A stretch of DNA of 64,000 nt from Raja brachyura. Taxonomy: Eukaryota. Under the pieces are notes generated by a model. That model saw only the letters and a list, made by a program, of their open reading frames with translations. It did not search any database and was not told the origin of the DNA. This document shows positions 39,191-50,656 of this stretch, piece by piece. A program made the translations under genes and the position numbers. Where the stretch lies: the NCBI GenBank assembly GCA_963514005.1, contig OY740783.1:79918001-79982000 (forward strand). Reading direction: 5' to 3'. Every line of letters begins with the position of its first letter. Position 1 is the stretch's first letter.

Positions 39191-39824
39191 GGAGAGCATT
39201 GTATCGGATTGGTACTGTGACAGGTGACCTCCTGAGACAAAGCACAGGAGCTGTCTTGCACAATTTCAGGGCCTTAGCACAAGCACACTTATTAATGCAG
39301 TGTTTTTATTTGTAAGGCATGCATTTACAATCAAAATTGGTTATTTCCAAGTGCTCTTAATTGATCCTTTATACGTCAGTAGAACATTAAACTAATGCAA
39401 TGGCCTGTTACACAGATCATTAGCACACTTGAACAAGTAGCTTTCTCAACAGACTCAAAGATTTCTGCATTGCAATGAGATTATATAGTATAATAATACA
39501 TCCTTTAGATGGCAGTGCAGTGCAATGGGACATGTTGGTAGAGAACCTTGATCCCGTGAATATTAATTATAAGGTCGATCATCACACATGCTTAGGTTGA
39601 CGAGTCAACAATATCTCTGAGAATGAAGGCATACAACCAGACCCTGGAATGCATGGACATTGCACATGTTTAGAGTCACCACTAGTAGAAATCTTAATGA
39701 TGAAATTTACCTCTCATTCTTCTCGACTCTCCTGGTCTAATCTACAGAGTCTCTCCTTGTGTAACAGACCCACTAATGCAGGAACTAATCTAGCACCAGG
39801 ATGCCAGCTGTGTCACTTCCTGTC

Positions 39825-40700
39825 TGTAGGCAGATTCTTCCCCATCCTGGATCAGTCCAATCAAGGTTGTGTCATCTGCTAACTGGAGAAGCTTGACAGA
39901 GGAGTCAGTGGAGGTGCAGTCGTTGGTGTAGAGAGAGTAAAGGAGAGGGGAGAGTACGCAGCCTTGCGGTGCTCATATGCTGAGGGTCAGCAGGTCTGAG
40001 ATGTACTTTCCCAGCCTCACATGCTGCTTCCTGTCTGGCAGGAAGTTGGTAATCCACTGACAGAGGGTTTCAGGCGCAGTCAACAGTGAGAGTTCGGAGT
40101 GTAGTAGCATTGAATGCAGAGCTAAACAAAATCCTTGCATGGGTCCCTTGGCGATCTAGGTGCTGGAGGATGAAGAGCAGGCCTAGGTTGACTGCGTCAT
40201 CCACTGATCTATTAATCCAGTATGCAAACTGCAGGGGGTCCAGCAGGGGGTTTGTGATTTTTTTCAGGTGGGCCAGCACGCCTTTCAAGGATCTTTGTGA
40301 TTACAGAGGTCAGTGCGACAGGTCTGTAGTCATTAAGACCAGTAGTCCTTGGCTTTTTGGGTATGGGAACAATAGTGGAGACTTTAGAGCAGGCAGGGAA
40401 AGTGCAGGTTTGCAGGGACTGTTTGAAAATATCTGTGCAGACTGGTACCAGCTGTTCGGCACTGAGCTTGATGGTAGAGGGGGGGGAAATTGTCCAGTCC
40501 TGGAGATTTTCAGCTTTCCTGTCTCCTCAATAGCTTCTCCACCTCCTCAATGTCTATTGTTAGTGATGGAGAAGTGGCCAGTGATGTTGGGCAGTAAGGA
40601 GGGGGTGGGTAGTGGACGAGGGCCCAATCTTTGCAGACTGGAGTCAGGCAATTAATGATGACAGCTGATTGAAAGCGAGAGCGGTAAGAAGAGGAAATTG
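39825..40700 (-). mobile_element. Rex1/Babar RT fragment
   Basis: HLKKITNPLLDPLQFAYW.NRSVDDAV, FSSAFN and PQGCVLSPLL.SLYTND motifs. Confidence 0.9.
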
Positions 40701-40769
40701 TTAATGGTATCATAAAGTGGGGGACTGCAAGTAAGGTTGGGTGGTCAAAAGTATGGTGAAAAATCTGTT

Positions 40770-42210
40770 GTTAGAAGAGGTATATTTGGAATTTCTAAAG
40801 GCCTTTGATAAAATGCTGTGCAAAAGGTTTTTGATACAAAATGAGAGTGCATGGGATTGGGGTGAGATATTGGTGCGGCTGGAAGATTGGTCAAAGGGCA
40901 GTAAATGGAGAGTAGTAATCAACATGTTATGTTCACAGGGAGGCTGTGACCAGAACGATGCCACAGAATCAGTGCTGGGCTTCAATTATTCACAATCCCC
41001 TACAAAGATTTGGAAGAGTTGGATAAGTGCAATATATCCACTATAGACACAAAATGCTGGAGTAACTCAGCAGGCCAGGCAGCATCTCAGGAGAGAAGGA
41101 ATGGGTGATGTTTCGGGTGTCTGAAGAAGGGTCTCGGCCCAAAACGTCACCCGTTCCTTCTCTCCAGATTATCAATCTTGCGCCAACATTTTGTGTCTAT
41201 CTTTGATTTAAACCAGCATCTGCAGTCCCTTCCTACACAATATATCCACATGTTTGCTGCCAATGCAAAGCTGAGAGACAATGTCAGCTGTGAACTGGAT
41301 ACCGGCTTTGAAGAGACTATGGACAGGCTCAATGAACAGATAAACTTGCCAAGTTGATCAGTACAGCAGAGGAACAGGGCCTTTTGACCATAATGTCTGG
41401 GCCAACATGATGCCGAATTAAACTATTCCTATCTGGCCGCACATGGTCCATATCCGTCTATTCCCTGCCTGGTCATGTACCTGTTTAAATTCCTTTTAAA
41501 CATTGCTATTGTAATGCATGTAATGAGAAAAATATGAAAACATTCACTTGTAAATGGTGGTGGTGTTTAGAGGGACGTTGATGTATTGGTAAATAAATCA
41601 TAAAGATCTAGCAAGCTGTTAGAAAGGTATGCAAAATGTCCTTTTTGCAGGAGAATATGAGCACAAGAAAAGTGATGACAGACTGAAATGATGTAGAATC
41701 CTGGTGAGGACACACTTAGAATCTTGTCTACTGATCTGATCTTCTTTTCTTGGGAAGGATATACTTCCAAAAGACGTAATGCAGCAAAGGTTCACCAGAA
41801 TAATTCTTTGGATGGAATGTTCATTTCATGAGAAGAGATTGAGCAAATTGGGTCTATAATCGCTCAAGTTTAAAATAATTAAAGGTGATCTTATTGAACG
41901 CAGAAATCCTGCAAAGATTGATGGGGTAAGTGCAGAAAAGTTGTTTTCCATGGCAAGGATGCGTAAGCCAGAAGTCACAATCTCAAAGTAAAGTATCATC
42001 ATTCAGCACAGAGGGGAAATTTCTTCAATAAGAGTGTGATAAATGGTTGTAATTCGAGGGCTCTGCGGCTTTGTCACTGAATATATTCGAGAAAGAGAGA
42101 TAATTGTAAAAGCATCAAGGCAAGTGGCAAAAAAGTCAGACATGACCAGACATGAAAGAGTGTGTGCTAGGGGCCAAATGACCTATTCCTATTCCCCAGT
42201 TTCTTACAAT
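40770..42210 (+). mobile_element. Old CR1 copy, heavily decayed, with insertions
   Basis: VYLEFLKAFDK, later GDLIE-like and 3' UTR remnants. Confidence 0.7.
41045..41240. mobile_element. Palindromic mini-Penelope
   Basis: AGACACAAAATGCTGG...GTTTCGGG followed directly by CTGAAGAAGGGTCTCGGCCCAAAACGTC...CATTTTGTGTCT. Confidence 0.85.
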
Positions 42211-42734
42211 CTTACACTGATTTTACACATGGTGCTTTACTACAAACGGTGCACTGTAACTTTGACCTACAGTGCAAAATAAGGTCAATTGTCACTTAAA
42301 TTTATATCAAATTTACTCATTGAATGGTGATACAATTATGGGCAGCAGCACTTTCATCAGCAAACAACAACATTGGTTGTTATATTTTCCAAGTTCACAG
42401 CTGGACCAGTATGTTGTAGAATAAGCAGTGCTAGAGAAGGTATAATAACCAAACAACCTTCCTTTCAATTTGCAACGGAGATTATGAATGTCTATTTCCC
42501 ATGCAGATCAAAAATAGACTTGGAGAAAAATATCTCTCATTGTACAACTTTCATGTTCTCTAAATATTTATGTCAAGATGAATTTTGTCCGTCAATTGTT
42601 ATACTTCTGTTGAAGTTAGGGAATCATCAGGACAAGAAGCTTATCTGGATTACCTTATGTTGCTGTTACAGTGTATTACAGTAATGAGGAGACATATAAC
42701 TATAGCAACATGCTAGTCTATTATTAATAGCAAA

Positions 42735-43055
42735 TGGCGCAGTAACTCAGTAGTGGACCTATGGAATCATAATACCAATACACATATTAAATCCTGACCT
42801 CGGATGCTGGCTGTGTGGTGTATGCACATTCTACTTGTGACGATGCCAGTTTTCTCTGGGTGCTCTGTTTTTTTCACAAATGCCCAAAATGTACAGGTCA
42901 GTTAGTTAACTGGTCACTGCAAATTGCCCCAGGCATGTAGATTAGTGGTAGAACTTGGGGGAAGTTGATTGAATGAAGTGAGAATTGAGTTAATGGTGGG
43001 TTATTGCAAATGGGTGGTTGATGATCGGATCAGAGTCAGTAAGCTGAAGGGGCTT
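42735..43055 (+). mobile_element. Old tRNA-derived SINE
   Basis: Degenerate HE1-like core: ATCCTGACCTCGGATGCTG.CTGTGTGG, AAATTGCCCC, GCTGAAGGG. Confidence 0.7.
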
Positions 43056-43126
43056 TAAGTTTCACAGAAGTTTTTGAGCTTATTGAAATCAGCAGAACCT
43101 GTTTCAAAAACTTTAAACAGCAGTAA

Positions 43127-44281
43127 GTCTTTGGGTGTTAATGGCGGAGTAGTAAGATGGATTCAACAGTGGCTGAATGGGAGATGCCAGAGAGTAATGG
43201 TGGATGGCTGTTTGTCAGGTTGGAAGCCGGTGACAAGTGGGGTGCCTCAGGAATCTGTGTTGGGTCCACTGTTGTTTGTCATGTACATCAATGATCTAGA
43301 TGATGGGGTGGAAAATTGGATAAGTAAGTATGCAGATGATACTAAGATAGGTGGTGTTGTGGATAATGAAGTAGATTTTCAAAGTCTACAGAGAGATTTG
43401 GGCCATTTGGAAGAGTGGGCTGAAAGATGGCAGATGGAGTTTAATGCTGATAAGTGTGAAGTGCTACATCTTGGCAGGACAAATCAAAATAGGACGTACA
43501 TGGTAAATGGTAGGGAATTGAGGAATGCTGTGGAACAGAGAGATCTAGGAATAACTGTGCATAGTTACCTGAAGGTGGAATCGCATGTAGATAGGGTGGT
43601 AAAGAAAGCTTTTGGTGTGCTGGCCTTTATAAATCAGAGCATTGAATATTGGAGTAGGGAAGTAATGTTAAAATTGTACAAGGCATTGGTGAGACCAATT
43701 CTAGAGTATGGTGTACAATTTTGTTCGCCTAATTATAGGAAGGATGTCAACAAAATAGAGAGAGTACAGAGGAGATTTACTAGAATGTTGCCTGGGTTCC
43801 AGCAACTAAGTTACAAAGAAAGGTTGAACAAGTTAGGTCTTTATTCTTTGGAGCGCAGAAGGTTAAGGGGGGACTTGATTGAGGTCTTTAAAATGATGAA
43901 AGGGATAGACACGTGGATAAGCTTGACGTGAGCTTGATCAGAGTTGACGTGGATAAGCTTTTCCCATTGAAGGTAGGGAAGATTCAAACAAGAGGGCATG
44001 ACATGAGAATGAAGGGACAGAAATTTAGGGGTAACATGAGGGGGAACTTCTTTACTCAGAGAGTGGTGGCTGTGTGGAATGATCTTCCAGCAGAAGTGGT
44101 GGAGGCAGGATCGATTTTAACATTTAAAAGTAAAGTGGATAGGTATATGGACGGGAAGGGAATGGAGGGGTATGGTCTGAGTGCAGGTAGATGGGACTAG
44201 GGGAAAATAAATGGTCGGCACGGACTGGAAGGGCCGAGAAGGCCTGTTTCCGTGCTGTAATTGTTATATGGTTATATGGTT
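43127..44281 (+). mobile_element. Young 5'-truncated CR1 LINE (RT C-terminal half almost open)
   Basis: ORF 43074-43931 has [23 protein letters not shown] and LVRPILEYGVQF; (TTATATGG)n tail. Confidence 0.96.
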
Positions 44282-45039
44282 AAATCACAACCGAGCGAGT
44301 GACATATGTTTTCACAGCATTTGCTGTCAAGCCTTCATTTTCCAGAAAAAAAGCAAATATAAAATATTCAAATATGATGCTGAGCGTTAACTCTATTTAT
44401 CAAATTACTATCTGTGCCGAATCATTTTGGAACAATTTCGAGGTAAATTCTTCCAAATGAAAGAATCTTCTTGAAAATATTACTGATTTAGATGTGCCGT
44501 GTCCCATTCGATATACGCCCTTTCAAACCTACCAATTCCCTTCATTAAAACATCGTTATTGTAATTAAAAATTTAATTGTTCATTCGGAAAGTCTTCATA
44601 GAATAAATATAGTTACAGGACGTGCTGTCGTGAAATGAAGTGCCTTTTTTTGTCACTTCGAAATAATTTGGTTTTGAAATATGTCAGTAATTGTTATATG
44701 GTTATATAGTAACCTCAAAAACACTCACACATCAAAAATGTCAGTGGATTGAACCAATGTCAATAAAAATATTGTAGTTGACTCATTTACTATCTTGAGA
44801 AATCTAAATCAGGTTACAAATAACTAATCAGTCTTGTGATGCTACATAACAAGTCGCATTGTTGAATTTTATTGCCTTGACTTTAATCAGGTGAAAGAAA
44901 AAGCAAAATCCATGAGACAAAGAAAGTATTCATAAAGGTCAAGAAAAACCATAAGGAGCATTTGAAGGTTAAATAATATATATTTCGAACGCAAAATAAT
45001 GGTTGTTAACCATTCAAACATGAAGTGACAGCATGGCGT

Positions 45040-45560
45040 ATTCATAGAAGATAGGGAGTTGTGGTGGACGGTAGTTATTCTGGCTGGAGGTCTATCACCG
45101 GTGGTGATTGCAGGGATCTTTCTTGGGACCTCTGCTGTTCATGATATGTACAGAAAAATTACCTAGACGTAAATGTAGATGGGTTGGTGAACAAGTTTGC
45201 TGGCGACACTAAAATTGGAGGAGTTGCAGCCAGTGAGGAAACCTGTCAGAAGATACTGCAGGATACAGATCAACTGCAGAAATGGGCAGAGTAAAGGCAG
45301 AAGGAGTTGTACCCGAGGAAGTGTGAGGTGTTGCACTTTGGGAGGTTGAATGTAAGGGGAAAATATACGGTTAATGGCAAGGCTCTTAACAGCATTGATG
45401 TGCAGAGGGATCTTGGAGTTCAAGTTCAAAGGTGGCAGCACAACTAGATAGGGTTGTATAGAAGGTATATGGTATGCTTGCCTTCATTGTTAGGGGCATT
45501 GAGTATAAGAGTGAGGAAGTCATGGTGCAGCTCTATAGGAGTTTGGTTAGGCCGTATTGT
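45040..45560 (+). mobile_element. CR1 RT fragment
   Basis: QGSFLGPLLF.IC, KFAGDTKIGG and KCEVLHFG. Confidence 0.85.
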
Positions 45561-45761
45561 GTGTCACCCCATTAATGCTGCTAAGGATCTTACCATCAAC
45601 TATACTTTCTCCTTACACTCGAATTCTCAAGGTGCAATACTTCACATTTGCTCAGTTTAAATTCCATCTCCCATTTCTCTGCACATTTCTATACTTGATA
45701 TTCCACTGTACACTTTGGCAGTCTTCCTCACTGTCCGCACCTCCAGCAATCTTAAGGTCTT

Positions 45762-46283
45762 AAGTAATTGGACCAGAATTAGACTATCCGGCCCATCAAG
45801 TCTACACCGCCATTCAAGCATGGCTGATCTATCTCTCCCTCCTAACCCCATTCACCTGCCTTCTCCCCATAACCTCTGGCACCCATACTAATCATGAATC
45901 TATCTATCTCTGCCTTAAAAATATCCATTGACGACCTCCACAGCCTTCTGTGGCAAAGAATTCCACAGATTCACCACCCTCTGACTAAAGAAGTTCCTTC
46001 TCATCTCTTTCCTAAAGAAACATCCTTTAATTCTGAGGCTATGACCTCTAGTCCTAGACTCTCCCACTTGTGGAAACATCCTCTCCACATCCACTCCATC
46101 CAAGCCTTTCACTATTCGGCACGTTTCAATGAGGTCCCCCCTCATTCTTCCGAACTCCAGTGAGTACAAGCCCAGTGCCATCAAATGCTCATCATAAGTT
46201 GACCCCCTCATTCCTGGGATCATTCTGGTAAACCTCCTCTGGACCCACTCCTTCCTCATCCTTCCTCAGATATGGTGCCCAAA
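45762..46283 (-). mobile_element. CR1 3' fragment
   Basis: VQRRFTRMIPG, LYSLEF.RMRGDLIE and FFSQRVVNLWNSLP. Confidence 0.92.
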
Positions 46284-46496
46284 GTTCATGGGGCCTTGAT
46301 AAAGATCTTTGCAACTTCTCCAGCCATAGGCGAGGTCCTGGTAGACTAGAGAGTGGTCAGTGCAGTTATTTTGTTTAAGATGAGAAGTAAAGAGAATTCT
46401 CAAATCATGGTGATAATAAAGTATCAATCAATTAATCAATCTATTGGAAATTTCCTGTAATCTATAGTATTTTATAGCCGGCTATAAAATTCTATA

Positions 46497-46917
46497 TTCT
46501 TTATTCTTTGGAGCGCAGAAGGTTAAGGGGGGACTTGATTGAGGTCTTTAAAATGATGAAAGGGATAGACAGAGTTGACATGGATAAGCTTTTCCCATTG
46601 AGGGTAGGGAAGATTCAAACAAGAGGGCATGACATGAGAATTAAGGGACAGAAGTTTAGGGGTAACATGAGGGGGAACTTCTTTACTCAGAGAGTGGTGG
46701 CTGTGTGGAATGATCTTCCTGCAAAAGTGGTGGAGGCAGGATCGATTTTAACATTTAAAAGTAAAGTGGATAGGTATATGGACGGGAAGGGAATGGAGGG
46801 GTATGGTCTGAGTGCAGGTAGATGGGACTAGGGGAAAATGAATGGTCGGTGCGGACTGGAAGGGCCGAAAAGGCCTGTTTCCGTGCTGTAATTGTTATAT
46901 GGTTATTATATGGTTAT
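46497..46917 (+). mobile_element. Young CR1 3' fragment with an apparent 11-bp TSD
   Basis: Nearly identical to 43840-44281; TTATAGCCGGC at 46472-46482 and 46914-46924. Confidence 0.92.
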
Positions 46918-46920
46918 AGC

Positions 46921-47568
46921 CGGCAGCCTCGCCAGCAGCGTGTTCGTTCTTTCGACATATTTCTGTTTTTTAGTATGTCTAAATTTATGTCTAAATGTAT
47001 GTTTTAGTGTGGGGGGTGGTGGGGGGAATAGTGGGAAACTGTTTTTCAGTCACTTATCTCGACGGAGATTGGACTTATCTCTTTGTTGCATCTCTGTTGC
47101 GGCCTAACAACTGGTTTGGTGCGGCCTTTCTCGGATCCCTGGCAAGGGATCGCCAGAAATAAATGCTCCGACCTCCGGCCTGCGCCCACAACGTCATGAA
47201 GCAGTGGTCTCCGATAAGAAAGGGGCCGATTCGGGAACTCCAAGCCACAGAGTGTATATTCCAATCCGTCGCAACGTCGGAGTTTCAATCATCCCGACGA
47301 GAGGGCTTGTACATCGGGCTGTCCATAACAGAGACTACGGAGGGTTCATGGCCCCGACCACGGTGAACAAAGGAAGAAGATGGCTGCACGTTATTGCATT
47401 CCATCACAGTGAAGAATGTTGATTCCACTGTGGTGGATGTTTATGGTAAATTATTTTGTGTATTGTGCTCTTTTTGATTGTATGGCTGCATTGTAACTCA
47501 TTTCACTGTATCTTAATTGGTGCATGTGACAAATAAATGTGAACTTGAACTTGAAATTGAACTTGAAC
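46921..47568 (+). mobile_element. Non-autonomous retroposon with a Rex1/Babar-type tail
   Basis: Homologous ends to 59779-60542; TTTCACTGTATCTTAATTGGTGCATGTGACAAATAAA plus (CTTGAA)n. Confidence 0.82.
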
Positions 47569-47702
47569 TATTTTGGTAGATAATAACCATTGCATTCACC
47601 ATTTGCAAGCTAGTTTTCTGGTTTGCAGATTTACCAGCTTTAAGTGGCATGGCTATCTCTCACTTTTTAACTGCCTTTTATCTATATATAATGTAATTTA
47701 AA

Positions 47703-49197
47703 TCTATATACTTTTAGAACTGTGCGTGTGCGTGTGCGTGTGCGTGTGTTATTTTTCATGTGAAATGTAGCTCCTCGACAACCAGATGCAAAAACGCAGA
47801 GCTTTTTACCATTTCGGTAGGGATTTAACCGATTTTCGGTAGGGAGTTCAGAAATCCACACGCTGGTCAATTATTTCCCCAGATTTTGATTACAATTTAT
47901 CACAAAACTCAATTTTTAAAATCTAAACGGCGCTCAGCAGCTGCTGACGTCACAATGCCCACATGCCGACCAATCCAGGCCCACCTGCGTCCGGGCCCCG
48001 GGCCCCGGGCCCGGCCCCCCGCCGCTGTGGATTAAAGGCACAGAGATATCGAGAAAGTTCTGCAGAACAAAGATTCCACAGCTGCATTCCGCTATAGCCT
48101 CTTTGTTCTATACATCTCAGGGGCAGCAACTCCTCATGCGCTGAATTTCTCCACATTAGTGCCGCTGAACTTTCTCCTCACAGCTGGCGCAGCTCGCAAA
48201 ATCCCGCCCGCCTGCGCACCCCTTCCATCCCCTGCGCGCCCATTCCAGCTGTGAGTTTCCAGAGAGTCAGAACGCGTCTTGCCTTAGCGGCTTTGAATGG
48301 CTGTTGTCAGCTGGCAGTTATCAACGGCTGCGGGCGTCGCGAGGCCAAGTTACGTCAACCCCCCCCCCCCCCCCCGATGTGCGCTGGCATTTGGCTCTCT
48401 GACTGTCTGACTCCTCCCTGTTCTGTGTTCCTCTCGGTGAACGAGCAAGTTTTGCAGATCTGGAGGACAGGCGAGATCCTGGGGAGGTGAAGAGGGGGAG
48501 AGGGGGAATTGAGGGAGAGGAGGGAGTAGGGAGGGAGAGGGGGGGAATGGGGGAGGTGGGGAGGAAGAGTGTGGGAATAGAGGGAGAGGAATGGGGGTGA
48601 TAGGGAGTGTGGAATAGATGGACTGCCCCCACCCCCCTCCCCCTCTCTCCACACTCTACCCCCCTCTCTTCCCTACCCCATCTCCCATCTCCCTCCTCCC
48701 CTCCACCCCTCCCCTGCCCCATTCCCTCCACCCTATCCCCTCCCTCCCCTCCCCCTCCCTTCCCCCCCACCTTTCCGCTCCCTTCCCTTCCCCCTCTCAG
48801 CCCCCTTCTCTCCCTCTCTCTCCCCCTCTCTCTCCTCCCCTCCCTCTCTCCTCCCATATCTCTCACCCCTCCTCACCCACCCTTCCCCTCCACCCCCTCT
48901 CCCTCTGTCTCTTGCCCTTCTGTCTCTGCCCCTTTCTCTTTGTCTCTCCCCATTCTCTCTCTGCTCTCACTCTCTACCCCCCCTCCCCCTCTAGATGCAC
49001 CTGCGAGTTGGGGGCTATGCGTCAGTGGATAGGGCGGTTATGGGGTAAAAGGAGCAAATTAATAATATTAATATAATATCAAGGGGGATAGTTAGCATGT
49101 GTGCGGGGGGTAGTTAGTGTGTGTGACGCCACATGGCGCCCCTCCCCAGCAACCACACATTGGGGGAACAGACCCAACGGGTCTGCACTTGGTCTAG
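47703..49197 (+). mobile_element. Non-autonomous Helitron
   Basis: 5' A|TCTATATAC (alternative start at 47681); 3' CAGACCC-AAC-GGGTCTG hairpin, then CACTTGGT-CTAG|T; internal (GTGTGC)n and purine/pyrimidine tracts. Confidence 0.8.
48480..48990. repeat. Adjacent purine-rich and pyrimidine-rich low-complexity tracts
   Basis: G/A-rich at 48480-48620, C/T-rich at 48625-48990. Confidence 0.9.
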
Positions 49198-49941
49198 TAC
49201 ATAACTAAAACTCTGATCTTGTTATCTTCCGGTTTGCATAAACGGTACACAATAGAGCTATGATTTTCCGCCACCTTACTCCCCATTCTCCTGTGCTGCA
49301 AGAGCACCAAGTTTTGTTCCAATCGATGGTATATTAAAAAATTATTAATGTTTAAATATCTTTAAAACCACACATGTGCAGATTGGACTCCTCTCCTGTC
49401 AGTCACCACCACGGAAGGACAGTGACGCACCTTCCTGCTCCATTGTCGCACTGATTGGCCGCATTCACTGTCAATCACTGGGGAAGGGGAGGGCCGTGAG
49501 GCCATGATCCCCGGCGTGCGGCAATCGACTGCGACGCTGAGGCTGGAGCGAGGTTTGGGGGAGCCGCAGTTCCACCCCCGCTTAGAGAGAGAGAGGAGCG
49601 GGCTTCAGCCTCTCAATCCCCCTCCCTGCTCTGCAACAGTATATTGGAGAGAGCAGCAGTCCTCCTGCTGTTTATTGCCATCATGTCTGTGCCTTCATTT
49701 CAATTCTGCAGCTGTGGGGATAATCTCAATGGTAAGGATCTCTCTGGGAAGGCTGGAGGAAGGTGGTTGAATCATTGACTCCTGCAGCCTGCCCTGCTTT
49801 TTCAAGCTTTCACAGTAACCTTTGCCTGCAGCACCGTTGATCCACACCAGAACCCACCTATGGGTGTGGTGGAAGGGAGGGAGCACACACGCAAAGGGAG
49901 CCTGGGGCACAGGGCCTGTAAACAGCCTGGTCTACTGGAGA

Positions 49942-50149
49942 NNNNNNNNNNNNNNNNNNNNNNNNNNNNNNNNNNNNNNNNNNNNNNNNNNNNNNNNNNN
50001 NNNNNNNNNNNNNNNNNNNNNNNNNNNNNNNNNNNNNNNNNNNNNNNNNNNNNNNNNNNNNNNNNNNNNNNNNNNNNNNNNNNNNNNNNNNNNNNNNNNN
50101 NNNNNNNNNNNNNNNNNNNNNNNNNNNNNNNNNNNNNNNNNNNNNNNNN
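49942..50149. other. Assembly gap
   Basis: Run of N. Confidence 1.
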
Positions 50150-50656
50150 CTCTGCAGTTGAGAAGGATTGGAGCAGCCTTTCCAGGATTTTGCCGTTGGA
50201 GAGGGCACAGACCCAGGGGGGCTTCATAGTTCAACTTATTGTTGGGCTGTTGAAGCTTTTCTCTGGTCTGGGGAGCCTCCATCTGTGTGAAGATTCCTGA
50301 GTTTCTCCACATTGTCGAGGGTGCGGTTGGCGTTGGCGGATTGCCAAGAGTGCCTGTGATCTCAGTGGGCTGAAGTTGTGCGGTGTCTTTGTCGTTTTTG
50401 GCTCCGCTTCTCTGCCCTAAAGTCATTTTGTCAGTGCGGCTGCCTGGCTTAATGTGAAGAAGGTACTTTTGCGTCCAGCGCGACTGGGATCGAGTTTCCC
50501 GTAAGCTGCTCTTGGCTGTGGACGAACCTGGGGACTTTCCTGCTTCAGCTGGAGGTTTCTGTTTTCTGCTGCCTGTCTTTGACTGTGACTGTCTCTGGGA
50601 CTTAACTTGGAGCTGTGCTGCTGAGGGGCTTGGAGCTGGTTTGTGCCTCTGTGAGG

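Noticed and set aside
42373-42684. 103-aa ORF in unique sequence (similarly 5545-5883)
   Set aside because: Non-ATG start, no recognisable homology, and length compatible with chance.
48321-49076. Pro/Ser-rich and Gly/Glu/Arg-rich ORFs (also 57803-58111 and 37767-38741)
   Set aside because: Translations of low-complexity purine/pyrimidine tracts.
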